Counted from the first letter of the stretch, positions 20,866 to 30,142 are shown. The stretch is DNA of 36,091 nt from an uncultured bacterium (GCA_964534375.1 CAZHPN010000045.1:1-36091); one strand, 5' to 3'. Translations and numbers: made by a program. The notes: generated from the letters alone by a model not told the origin.

Positions 20866-23487
20866 ATGAGGCGGAAAAAGCGGTGGGTGGTGATCAAGTT
20901 CGGCGGCGCGAGCGTCGCCACGGTCGGCAATTGGCGGAACATCGCCGCGATCGTTCGGTCGCGCCTGGCCGAGGGGCTGCGGCCATGGGTGGTCTGCTCG
21001 GCGCTCGCCGGCGTTTCGAACGATCTGGAAGCGCTATTGGCCAAGCCGGCGGGCGAAGGCGCCCGCGGCCTGCTCGACCGGGTCCGCGACAAGCACCTCA
21101 AACTTGCCACGGACATGGGCGTGGACGGCGCGGCGCTGCTGGGCGAGTCCTTTGCGGAGCTGCAGCGCCTGACGCAGGGCGCGGCGCTGGTCGGCGAGGT
21201 CAGCCCGCGGCTGCACGCGAAGGTGATGGCCTTCGGCGAGTTGATGTCCACCAAACTCGGCGCGGCGTTCCTGCAGGCCGAGGGCATTCGCACGACCTGG
21301 AAGGACGCGCGCGAGATTCTCGTCTCCGAAGACAACGAACGGTTCGGGCTGCGCCAGAAATACCTCTCGGCGATGTGCTGCAGCGCCTCCGACCGCCATT
21401 TGCAGGAAGCGCTGGCGGCCGAGCCGGCGCAGGCGATCGTTACCCAGGGCTTCATCGCCCGCAACCCGGCCGGCGACACGGTGCTGCTCGGCCGCGGCGG
21501 CTCGGACACGTCGGCGGCGTACTTCGCGGCTTTGCTCGATGCGGCCCGCTGCGAAATCTGGACCGACGTGCCCGGCATTTTCTCGGGCAACCCCAAGCAG
21601 GTGCCGAACGCGCGCCTGCTGATGAAACTCGATTACGAAGAGGCGCAGGAAATCGCCTCGATGGGCGCCAAGGTGCTGCACCCGCGGTCGATTGCCCCGC
21701 TGCGCGAGAGCAACATCCCCATTTACATCCTCAGCACGTTCCGGCCCGAGATCGAAGGCACGGTCATCGCCGCGGACGCGCCGGCCACCGGCGGACAGGT
21801 CAAGGCGATTTGCTCCAAACGCAACATCACCGTCGTGTCGATGGAAACGCTCGGCATGTGGCAGCAAGTCGGCTTCCTGGCCGACGTGTTCGCCTGCTTC
21901 AAGGCGCACGGCCTCTCGATCGACCTGGTCTGCACGTCCGAAACGAACGTCACGGTGACGCTCGACGCCGCCGCCAACGCCCTCGCGCCGGACAGCTTCG
22001 AGCCGCTGCTCGCCGACCTGGCGAAAATCTGCACGCCGCGGCGCATCGGGCCGTGCGCGTCGGTCAGCCTCGTCGGGCGGCACATCCGGACGATCCTGCA
22101 CCAGCTCGGCCCGGCGCTCGAGATTTTCGGCGAGTCGAAGATTCATCTGGTTTCGCAGGCGGCCAACGATCTGAATCTGACGTTCATCGTGGATGAAGAC
22201 CAGGTCGATCGGCTCGTCGATCAACTGCACTCGCTGCTTTTCGAACATCATCGCAGCGAGGCGCTGTTGGGCCCGATGTGGAGCGACATTTTCGCGGAAA
22301 AGACGATCGCCAAGGCCGCGCCGGCCGCCGCGTGGTGGCGCGATCGCCGGGCCGATCTGCTCGCCCTCGCCGCGAAGGAGACGCCGCTGTACGTCTACGA
22401 CGAGGCGACGCTGGCCGACGCCGCGGGGCAGTTGCGCGGGCTCGATGCCGTGAGCCGCGTCTTCTATTCGGTCAAGGCCAACTCCTTTCCGCCGATTCTC
22501 CGGCTCTTTTACGAGCAGGGGCTCGGCTTCGAGTGCGTGTCGCCCGGCGAAGTCGCGCACGTGCTGCAGTTGTTCCCCGACCTCGATCGGCGGCGCGTGT
22601 TGTTCACGCCGAATTTCGCGCCGCGCAAGGAATACGAAGACGCGTTGGCGGCCGGCGTGATCGTCACGCTGGACAACGTCTTTCCGCTCGCGAAGTGGCC
22701 CGAGTTGTTCGCCGGCCGCGAGATTTTCGTGCGCGTCGACCCGGGGCAGGGGCGCGGCCATCACAGCCACGTCATGACCGCGGGCAGCCAGTCGAAATTC
22801 GGCGTGACGCGCGAGCAGTTCGACAAACTGGTCGAGTTGGCGCGCGCGAATCGGGTGCGCATTCGCGGCCTGCACGCCCACACCGGCAGCGGCATCCTGA
22901 TGCACGAAAATTGGAAGGAGACCGCGACGTTCCTTGCCTCGCTCGCCGACAGCCTGCCGGAGGTCGAGGTGCTCGACGTCGGCGGCGGCCTGGGCGTCGT
23001 TGAAAAGCCGGGCCAGCTCGCCCTCGACCTGCCGAAGATGGACGCCGGCCTGAAAGAAGTGAAGGCGGCGTATCCGCGGCTCGAGTTGTGGCTGGAGCCG
23101 GGCCGTTTCCTGGTCGCGCACGCGGGCGCGTTGCTGGCGACCGTCACGCAGACCAAGCAGAAAAACGGCGCACAGTACGTCGGCGTCAACGCGGGCATGA
23201 ACACGCTGATCCGGCCGGCGCTCTACGGCGCGTATCACGAAATCGTCAACCTTACGGCGCTCGACGAAGAAGACCGCATTCAGGCCAACATCGTCGGGCC
23301 GATCTGCGAATCGGGCGACGTGCTCGGCCACGATCGCAGCATCGCGCCGGTCGATGAAGGCCACGTCCTGCTGATCGCGACCGTCGGCGCCTACGGGTAC
23401 GTGATGAGTTCGCATTACAATATGCGCGCGCCGGCGACGCAGGTGTTCCTGCCGAAGCGGCAGGGAACAGCGAACAGTGAACAGTGA
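20866..23487 (+). CDS. lysAC: Bifunctional aspartate kinase / diaminopimelate decarboxylase
   Basis: AK domain: KFGGASV, GELMST, TQGFIA, LGRGGSDTSAA, WTDVPG, GAKVLHP, ACT domains. DAP decarboxylase domain: YSVKAN, SKFG, HAHTGSG, DVGGG, EPGRFL, GPICESGD, GAYG. Confidence 0.95.
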   Translation: MRRKKRWVVIKFGGASVATVGNWRNIAAIVRSRLAEGLRPWVVCSALAGVSNDLEALLAKPAGEGARGLLDRVRDKHLKLATDMGVDGAALLGESFAELQRLTQGAALVGEVSPRLHAKVMAFGELMSTKLGAAFLQAEGIRTTWKDAREILVSEDNERFGLRQKYLSAMCCSASDRHLQEALAAEPAQAIVTQGFIARNPAGDTVLLGRGGSDTSAAYFAALLDAARCEIWTDVPGIFSGNPKQVPNARLLMKLDYEEAQEIASMGAKVLHPRSIAPLRESNIPIYILSTFRPEIEGTVIAADAPATGGQVKAICSKRNITVVSMETLGMWQQVGFLADVFACFKAHGLSIDLVCTSETNVTVTLDAAANALAPDSFEPLLADLAKICTPRRIGPCASVSLVGRHIRTILHQLGPALEIFGESKIHLVSQAANDLNLTFIVDEDQVDRLVDQLHSLLFEHHRSEALLGPMWSDIFAEKTIAKAAPAAAWWRDRRADLLALAAKETPLYVYDEATLADAAGQLRGLDAVSRVFYSVKANSFPPILRLFYEQGLGFECVSPGEVAHVLQLFPDLDRRRVLFTPNFAPRKEYEDALAAGVIVTLDNVFPLAKWPELFAGREIFVRVDPGQGRGHHSHVMTAGSQSKFGVTREQFDKLVELARANRVRIRGLHAHTGSGILMHENWKETATFLASLADSLPEVEVLDVGGGLGVVEKPGQLALDLPKMDAGLKEVKAAYPRLELWLEPGRFLVAHAGALLATVTQTKQKNGAQYVGVNAGMNTLIRPALYGAYHEIVNLTALDEEDRIQANIVGPICESGDVLGHDRSIAPVDEGHVLLIATVGAYGYVMSSHYNMRAPATQVFLPKRQGTANSEQ

Positions 23488-23499
23488 ACAGTGAACAAT
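23465..23499 (+). repeat. Five tandem GAACAGT heptamers overlapping the lysAC stop
   Basis: gaacagc-gaacagt-gaacagt-gaacagt-gaacaat. Confidence 0.9.
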
Positions 23500-23540
23500 G
23501 GGCGATCACGTAGGTGCAAGGTAGTCGCTGTAGGCGGGCG

Positions 23541-23576
23541 ATAGGTCCTATAGGTCCTATAGGTCCCATAGGTCCT
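23541..23576. repeat. Four tandem ATAGGTCC(T/C) 9-mers
   Basis: ataggtcct-ataggtcct-ataggtccc-ataggtcct. Confidence 0.9.
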
Positions 23577-23647
23577 TTCCCGGGCCGTCGCGGTAGTGCG
23601 CGCCGGCGCGGGCGAACATCGCGTAGAAAAGAAAGGTAGGGCGTCTC

Positions 23648-25087
23648 ATGCCAGAATCGCACAATCTGCCGGCAAAGCCGGCCGGCGCGGCGATGACTCG
23701 CCGCGAAAAGGCGGAACTGGAAGCGCGGTTCGGCCGCCATATCAACGAGGGGCAGGTCAAATATCTCAAGGCCGGCCACCTCGATGTCATCGAGACGCAA
23801 CGCAGCGGCATTCGTTTCGTCGATCCCGTGCAGAACCGGCCGTTTATCGATTGCTTCGGCTCGGCCGGCTGCTTCAATGTCGGCCGCCGCAATCCGGAAG
23901 TCATGGCCACGCTGGTTGCGGCGCTCGACGAATACGACATGGGCTCGTTCCACATGGTCTCGGCGCCGAAGGCGAGGCTGGCGAAAAAGCTCGTCGAACT
24001 CGCGCCGGCCGGCGTCGATCGCGTGCTGTTCGCGGCGGGCGGCGGCGACGCCGTCGATGCGGCGATCAAGCTCGCGCGCGGCGCCACGGGCCGGTCGGAA
24101 ATCATTTCGACCGTCAAGGGCTATCACGGCCACACCGGCTTCGCGCTCGGCGCCAACGGCAAAGCCCATTATCGCGAATACTGCGAGCCGCTGATCCCCG
24201 ACTTCCGTTTCGCGCCGTTCAACGACCTCAAGGCGATGGAGGCGATGGCCTCGCCGCGGACCGCAGCGATTATCATCGAACCGGTGCAGGGCGAGGCCGG
24301 CATTTTCGTCGGCGACGACGATTACCTTCGCGGCCTGCGCGCGCTCTGCGATCGCTGCGGCGCGCTGCTGATCTTCGACGAAATCCAAACGGGCTTCGGC
24401 CGCACCGGGCGCTTCTTCGCCTGCGAGCATTCCGGCGTCTCGCCCGACATTATGACGATCGCCAAGTCGCTCGGCGGCGGGCTGTACCCGAACGCGGCGG
24501 TGCTCTATCGCGGAAGCAAAACGCTGGCCGGGTACGTCGACAAGAATCCGGATTTTCACCCGAGCCCCGCGGGCGGCGCCGACCTGGCCTGCCTCGTCTC
24601 GCTCAAGGCGATCGAACTGATCGAGAAGAACCGCCTCTGCGCCAACGCCGAGGCGATGGGCGCGCGGTTGAAAGGGGCGTTGCGCGAACTGCTCGAGCAG
24701 AACCCGAAGATCATCAAAGAAGTGCGCGGGCGCGGCCTGATGATCGGCATCGAATATATCCATGAATTCATGGGGCCGATGATGTCCGACGCGCTGGCGA
24801 AAAATGGGATGTTCGCGGCGTACTCGGGCAACGCCCCGCAGGTGATGCGCTTCATGCTGCCGCTGACCGTGACCGACGAGGAAATGGACACGGTCATCGC
24901 CGCCATTCGCGGGGCCGTCGCGTCGATGAAGATGCTGCTGCCGTTCGCCCTGCCGGCCGCGAAGATTCCGGCCGTGCTGCGCGCGCTCAACAACGAGAAG
25001 GCGCAGATCGTTCTGTTCGGTTTCCTGCGGCGCGTTGAGGATGCGGTCGGCGTCGTCGGCCGCGCGTTCAAAGGAGGTCGCTCATGA
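23648..25087 (+). CDS. Class-III PLP aminotransferase (putrescine/acetylornithine-AT-like), catalytic Lys intact
   Basis: [73 protein letters not shown]. Confidence 0.9.
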   Translation: MPESHNLPAKPAGAAMTRREKAELEARFGRHINEGQVKYLKAGHLDVIETQRSGIRFVDPVQNRPFIDCFGSAGCFNVGRRNPEVMATLVAALDEYDMGSFHMVSAPKARLAKKLVELAPAGVDRVLFAAGGGDAVDAAIKLARGATGRSEIISTVKGYHGHTGFALGANGKAHYREYCEPLIPDFRFAPFNDLKAMEAMASPRTAAIIIEPVQGEAGIFVGDDDYLRGLRALCDRCGALLIFDEIQTGFGRTGRFFACEHSGVSPDIMTIAKSLGGGLYPNAAVLYRGSKTLAGYVDKNPDFHPSPAGGADLACLVSLKAIELIEKNRLCANAEAMGARLKGALRELLEQNPKIIKEVRGRGLMIGIEYIHEFMGPMMSDALAKNGMFAAYSGNAPQVMRFMLPLTVTDEEMDTVIAAIRGAVASMKMLLPFALPAAKIPAVLRALNNEKAQIVLFGFLRRVEDAVGVVGRAFKGGRS

Positions 25088-26316
25088 GCCCGAAACGGAC
25101 AGCGGTCGCGGATCCGTTTGACGACTTCGCCGCCTTCGTCGGGCCCGGCGCCGTGGCGCGGCTGCGCGGCCTCGGCCACGATTTCCTCGAAACGCGGCGC
25201 GCGGGCCCGTGCGTCTGGGACGCCGCGGGCAAACGCTATTTCGATTGCTTCGCCGGCGCGGGGACGTTCAACCTCGGCCGCCGGCCGCCGCGGATCGTCG
25301 CCGCGCTCCAGCGCGCGCTGACCCTGACCGACCAGGGCAACTTCGCGATGATCTCGATCGAGAAAGCGCGCCTGGCGGCGACGCTCGCCGACTTCACGCC
25401 CGGCGGGCTCGACTGCGCGGTGTTCAGCGTGGTGCGCGGCGAGACCGTCGAGTTCGCCTGCAAACTCGCGCGCGGCTTCACCGGCCGGCCGGAACTGATT
25501 GCCTTCGCCGGCGGCTGGCACGGCGAGACCGGCTTCGCGCTCAGCCTCTCGACGCGGCCCGATCAGCCGCATTTCGCGCCCCTGACGCCGCGCACGCGCC
25601 TCATTCCGTTCGGCGACATCGACGCGGCCCGCCAAGCGATCACCGGCCAGACCGCCGCGGTCTTTTTCGAACCGGTGCAGGCCGAGAACCACGGCCGCGC
25701 CTTCGCCGGCGATTTCCTGCGCGACCTCGAACGGCATTGCCGCGCGGTCGGCGCCCTGCTCGTCGCCGACGAAACGCAGACCGGCTTCGGCCGCACGGGC
25801 AAACGTTTCGCCGTCGAGCGCGCGGGCGTCGATCCGGACATGCTGATCGTCGGCGAGGCGCTCGGCGCGGGCATCTTTCCGATCGCGGCGACGATCTACC
25901 AGCAGCGGCTCAACGCGTTCATGAACGATCATCCGCTGATTCATCTTTCGACCTTCGGCGGCTCGGACCTCGGTTGCCTCGTCGCGCTCGAAGCGCTCGC
26001 GGTCTACGAAGAAACGCGCCCGTGGGAGAACGCCGAGAAGCTCGGCGTGCGGTTGCGGGAAGGCCTGGAAAAGATCGCGGCCGCGCGGCCGCGCGTCATC
26101 GAATCCGTCGCCGGCGTCGGCTTGCTGCTGTCGCTGCAATTGGCGACGCCGGCCAAGGCGCGCGATTTTTGCAAGGCGCTGGCGAAAGAGGGCGTGCTGG
26201 CCATGCCGGGCGCGGTCGAGAAACGCGCCGTGGTTTTGCGGCCGTGCCTGACGATCACCGCCGCCGACGCCGACGAGATCGTCGCGGCCGTTGGCCGCGC
26301 CGCGAAAGGCAAATGA
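25084..26316 (+). CDS. Class-III aminotransferase paralog with the PLP-lysine replaced by Glu
   Basis: [61 protein letters not shown] overlap with the upstream gene. Confidence 0.88.
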   Translation: MSPKRTAVADPFDDFAAFVGPGAVARLRGLGHDFLETRRAGPCVWDAAGKRYFDCFAGAGTFNLGRRPPRIVAALQRALTLTDQGNFAMISIEKARLAATLADFTPGGLDCAVFSVVRGETVEFACKLARGFTGRPELIAFAGGWHGETGFALSLSTRPDQPHFAPLTPRTRLIPFGDIDAARQAITGQTAAVFFEPVQAENHGRAFAGDFLRDLERHCRAVGALLVADETQTGFGRTGKRFAVERAGVDPDMLIVGEALGAGIFPIAATIYQQRLNAFMNDHPLIHLSTFGGSDLGCLVALEALAVYEETRPWENAEKLGVRLREGLEKIAAARPRVIESVAGVGLLLSLQLATPAKARDFCKALAKEGVLAMPGAVEKRAVVLRPCLTITAADADEIVAAVGRAAKGK

Positions 26317-26353
26317 CGGTTTTATCGGCGACCGTCTTGCCATATTCGCGTTA

Positions 26354-26397
26354 TCTTTGTGTTCTCCGGGCGTTCTCTGTGCCCTCTGTGTTTAAGA
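26354..26397. repeat. Degenerate CTCTGTG tandem array (CACAGAG family), single arm
   Basis: tctttgtgttctccgggcgttctctgtgccctctgtgtttaaga; the last 23 bp are identical to 7350-7372. Confidence 0.8.
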
Positions 26398-26417
26398 CGG
26401 AATGATGGAGACTCCCC

Positions 26418-27620
26418 ATGAAAGCGCTCTATTTCGACAACAACCTGCCGAAAATCCTCGCGCTCAAGGCGCTGTCGGTCGTCGACAAATACGCGGCGTT
26501 CGGGCGGTTCTCGCCGGTGCGCTACGCCGACGTCCCGGAGCCGAAGCTGCCGAATCCGCGGTGGTTGAAGGTCCGCAACCTGGCCTGCGGGCTGTGCGGC
26601 ACGGACATCCATTTTCTCTTCATGGACATGGACCCGCAGTGCTTTTCCGCCGCGACGCCCGGCATCGCGCGCAAATTCCTCGGGCACGAATTGGTCGGCG
26701 AAATCGTCGAGGTCGGCGCCGAGGCCGACGGCTGGCGGGTTGGCGAACGCGTGGCGCTGCGCATCGAGTGGCCCTCGTGTTTTCAACTGGAAATCGACCC
26801 GCCGTGCCGCCAATGCCGCGCCGGCAATTACATGCTTTGCGAGAACCTCGGCAAGAAGCAGTTGCCGCTGCGCGACCTTGGCGGCGGCTTTTCGCCTCAT
26901 ATGGTCATGCACCGCACGCAGCCGTATCGCCTCCCGAAAAACCTGTCGCTCGATCGCGCGCTGCTGCTGGAGCCGACGGCCAGCGCGCTGCACGGCGTGC
27001 GCAAGGGCGCGCCGCGGGCGGGCGAGCGGGCGCTGGTGATCGGCGCGGGCACAATCGGCCTGCTGTGCGTGGCGATCGCGCGCGCGCTGTCGCCGAAGAC
27101 GACGATCGATTGCGTGGCGCGGCATCCGTTTCAGGCGGACGCGGCGCGGCGTCTGGGCGCGGACGAGGTCGTCAGCGGCGGCAAGCTGTACGAGCGGCTG
27201 GCCGCGCGCACGGGCGCCCGTTATTTCCGCGGCTATTTCGGCAACGAGATTCTGCTCGGCGGCTATGATGTGGTTTATGACACGGTAGGCAACGACCGCA
27301 GCATCAACGACGCCCTGCGGTGGGCGCGCGGCGGCGGCCGCGCCGTGATTCTCGGCATCAATTTTCATCCGGGGAAAATCGACTACTCGGCGATCTGGAC
27401 GCAGGAACTGCAAGTCACCGGCATCAATTGCCATGCGATGGAGACCGCAAGCGAAAGTTCGTTCGACCTCGCCGCCAAACTGCTCGCCGATCCGAAATTC
27501 CCGGTCGACGAACTGATCACGCACCGGTTTCCGCTGGATCGTTATCAAGAGGCGGTAAAGACGTTTCTCGATAAGGAACACGGTCACGCCATCAAGATTG
27601 TGCTCGAACACGGGAGGTAG
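26418..27620 (+). CDS. Zinc-dependent medium-chain dehydrogenase (MDR/threonine-DH-like)
   Basis: CGLCGTDIH, LGHE, structural Zn cysteines (SC...CRQC...LC), LEP, Rossmann GAGTIG, ITHRFPL; RBS GGAG. Confidence 0.9.
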   Translation: MKALYFDNNLPKILALKALSVVDKYAAFGRFSPVRYADVPEPKLPNPRWLKVRNLACGLCGTDIHFLFMDMDPQCFSAATPGIARKFLGHELVGEIVEVGAEADGWRVGERVALRIEWPSCFQLEIDPPCRQCRAGNYMLCENLGKKQLPLRDLGGGFSPHMVMHRTQPYRLPKNLSLDRALLLEPTASALHGVRKGAPRAGERALVIGAGTIGLLCVAIARALSPKTTIDCVARHPFQADAARRLGADEVVSGGKLYERLAARTGARYFRGYFGNEILLGGYDVVYDTVGNDRSINDALRWARGGGRAVILGINFHPGKIDYSAIWTQELQVTGINCHAMETASESSFDLAAKLLADPKFPVDELITHRFPLDRYQEAVKTFLDKEHGHAIKIVLEHGR

Positions 27621-27622
27621 AG

Positions 27623-27751
27623 AAGGAAAAAGTAAAAAGGAAAAAGGAAAAAGTTAGAAAAGGCGCCGCCTCGGGGTTGGGTGAGAGCCGGTCGTTGCGG
27701 GGCCCGTTGTTGGGTCGGATTTTTTTCCTTTTTCCTTTTTCCTTTTTCCTT
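27623..27751. repeat. Inverted repeat of AAGGAAA heptamer arrays (30-bp arms, 1 mismatch, 69-nt spacer)
   Basis: aaggaaaaagtaaaaaggaaaaaggaaaaa (27623-27652) vs tttttcctttttcctttttcctttttcctt (27722-27751). Confidence 0.9.
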
Positions 27752-27824
27752 CCTTGACCGACGGTGTTCGCTTCTCTACGATTGCCCCCGGCGTGTTGAC
27801 TATTGCAGTTGAGAGGGGTGTCGT

Positions 27825-28844
27825 TTGGAGACGGACGGCGGCAAGAAAAAAACTCGCGCGATCGCGCTGCTGTCGGGCGGGCTCGACAGCACGTTGACGA
27901 TCAAAATGTTGCTCGACCAAGGCATCGACGTCATCGCGCTGAATTTCACGAGCGTTTTTTGCACATGCACGCCGAAAACCGCGAGTTGCCACATCGCAAC
28001 TTCCGTGGCCCGCGAACTCGGCGTCGAACTCAAGACGCTGGTAAAGGGCCTCGACTACCTCAAGATCGTCGAAAATCCGCGGCACGGCCGCGGGCGCGGC
28101 ATGAACCCCTGCATCGACTGTCGCATTTACATGCTGCGGCGCTCGGCCGAGGTGATGCGCGAGACCGGCGCGGCGTTCGTCGCGACGGGCGAAGTGCTCG
28201 GCCAGCGGCCGATGTCGCAGCATCTGGCGGCGATCAAGCTGATCGAAAAGGAAAGCGGCCTCGCCGGGTTGATCGTCCGCCCGCTGAGCGCGGCATTGCT
28301 GGCGCCGTCAAAGCCGGAACTGGACGGCCTCGTGGATCGCAGCCGGCTGCTCGCGATCCAGGGCCGAACTCGGCGTGTGCAACTTGAAATGGCGCGCACG
28401 ATGGGCGTCGAGACATTTTCGTGCGCCGCGGGCGGCTGTCTGCTGACCGACCCGGCGATCGGCCGTCGCGTAGCGGATATGTTCCACCATTGCCCCGGCT
28501 ACGACATGCCCGAGGTCCGGCTGCTGACGGTCGGCCGGCATTATCGGCTGCGGCCCGCCCTGAAGGCGATCGTGAGCCGCGCCGACGCCGAAGGCCAGCG
28601 CATGGAAGCGCTTGCCGGTCCCCGGTTGCGCATGGAACTGGCCGACATGCCCGGTCCGACGCTCGTGGCCTGCGGCGACGTGACCGACGACGACCTGCCG
28701 GCGCTCGCCCGCCTGCTGGCGCATCACCAAAAGAAGCTTGCAGACGATGGTTTTACGGTGAAGATCGTGCGCGATGCCGCCACGACGCGACTCGCCGCCG
28801 CCGGCCGGCTCGCGCCCGCCGAGATCGAGAGTTGGCGCATCTGA
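27825..28844 (+). CDS. Cys-rich PP-loop ATPase, ThiI/MnmA-like (tRNA) sulfurtransferase family lacking a THUMP domain
   Basis: LSGGLDS PP-loop, FCTC...SC, NPCIDC, TGEVLGQRPMSQ, GGCLLTDP, GRHYRL; TTG start after GAGAGGGG. Confidence 0.8.
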   Translation: METDGGKKKTRAIALLSGGLDSTLTIKMLLDQGIDVIALNFTSVFCTCTPKTASCHIATSVARELGVELKTLVKGLDYLKIVENPRHGRGRGMNPCIDCRIYMLRRSAEVMRETGAAFVATGEVLGQRPMSQHLAAIKLIEKESGLAGLIVRPLSAALLAPSKPELDGLVDRSRLLAIQGRTRRVQLEMARTMGVETFSCAAGGCLLTDPAIGRRVADMFHHCPGYDMPEVRLLTVGRHYRLRPALKAIVSRADAEGQRMEALAGPRLRMELADMPGPTLVACGDVTDDDLPALARLLAHHQKKLADDGFTVKIVRDAATTRLAAAGRLAPAEIESWRI

Positions 28845-29015
28845 GCGCGGCCCGCGGCCCGATGCCGGCGTCTCTATCGCGGAAAGGAAACGGCGATTCG
28901 ACGTGACGCTTCGCGAAGCGATCGTCCGGGGCGGTTCTCGCCAAGATACAGGTTTTTTCTTGCCAAACTGAGCAAGTCGCTGGCCGCCCTCGGCGTATCG
29001 ACCGTCGTCGCGGCG

Positions 29016-30071
29016 TTGGTCGGCGAACTTGTCGTGCGCTTTTTCGAAATCGGGCCGCGCGTCTACCCGATTCACGTCACCGCCGCGGACAATCCCTACA
29101 TGGTCTCGGACGATCCGTTGCTGCGGTACGTCCCTCGCCCCAATTTCCGCGCAAAGAGCGCCAAACGCACGGTCGACGCCGTGGACCGCATCAACGCCTG
29201 GGGCTTTCGCGACATCGAACGAACGCGGCAAAAGCCGCCCGGGGCGCGGCGAATCCTGCTCGTCGGCGATTCGGTGGTGATGGGCGTCGGCGTGGACGAT
29301 GTCAACGACACGATTTCGCGGCGATTGGAGCGGAAACTCCAGGCCCAAAACGTGGAAATCCTGAATTTCGGCGTTTCCGGGTACAACACCGTCGCCGAGG
29401 CCGAATTGGTGCGCGTCAAGGGCCTGGCCTTCTCGCCCGATCTGGCGATCGTCGTCTTCTTGTGCTGCGATTTTGGGGCCTTTATCGGACAAAATCACCA
29501 TTTTTCGACCGAACGGCCGGAATGGGCCGACGAGTTGTTCGTCGGGTCCCGATTGTTTCGCACCGCGGCGATGAGGCTGAATCTTTTCGGTTTTCGTCTT
29601 CAATACGACCGTCGCACTCGGGACCAGCGGCCGAGCCCCGTGCCGATGGACGACAATGTGGGGCGCGGCATCGCCATGTTCCGGGAGATGTCGGCGGAGC
29701 ACGCTTTTCGGGCCGTATTCATGCTTTGGCCGAGTTTTACGGATGCGGCGATCGTGAGCGCGCGGACGGGGATCGCCGGCTGCCATGTCGATTACGATAT
29801 GGCGACGGCGGCGCAAAACGCGGGCCTCGCCGCGTTCGATTTGGCGCCGTATTTCCAAGAGGACTTCGACGACGTCAAGAAACGGTTTCCGCACGCGGCG
29901 CCGCGAACGACGTACACCTTCGACGGCGTCCACCCGCTTCCATACGGCGTGGATACGACGGTGCGCATTCTGGAACGGCTGCTCGGCGATCTAGGATACG
30001 GACCGCGTGCGCCGGACGGCGGCGGGGAGGCGGCCGGCGGCGAGGATCGCCGCGGCGCGGATCCGTCCTGA
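29016..30071 (+). CDS. Membrane-anchored SGNH/GDSL hydrolase (true start probably upstream of 29016)
   Basis: INAWGFRD, block I LLVGDSVVMG, block II NFGVSGYN, block V DGVHP; hydrophobic in-frame segment LAALGVSTVVAALVGELVVR extends upstream of 29016. Confidence 0.8.
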   Translation: MVGELVVRFFEIGPRVYPIHVTAADNPYMVSDDPLLRYVPRPNFRAKSAKRTVDAVDRINAWGFRDIERTRQKPPGARRILLVGDSVVMGVGVDDVNDTISRRLERKLQAQNVEILNFGVSGYNTVAEAELVRVKGLAFSPDLAIVVFLCCDFGAFIGQNHHFSTERPEWADELFVGSRLFRTAAMRLNLFGFRLQYDRRTRDQRPSPVPMDDNVGRGIAMFREMSAEHAFRAVFMLWPSFTDAAIVSARTGIAGCHVDYDMATAAQNAGLAAFDLAPYFQEDFDDVKKRFPHAAPRTTYTFDGVHPLPYGVDTTVRILERLLGDLGYGPRAPDGGGEAAGGEDRRGADPS

Positions 30072-30089
30072 CGAATCGGCGGCGGACCG

Positions 30090-30098
30090 TGTTATAAT
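30090..30098 (+). promoter_or_regulatory. Extended -10 element (TGnTATAAT) upstream of the beta-galactosidase-like gene
   Basis: TGTTATAAT at 30090-30098, between short inverted arms ggcggac/gtccgcc. Confidence 0.5.
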
Positions 30099-30142
30099 TC
30101 GTCCGCCGGCGCGATTCCGCCGGCCTGCCGCACGATGGGGAC

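Noticed and set aside
25084..26316. Calling the Lys->Glu aminotransferase a pseudogene
   Set aside because: Full-length open frame, normal codon bias, translational coupling and retained trans-acting STFGG motif
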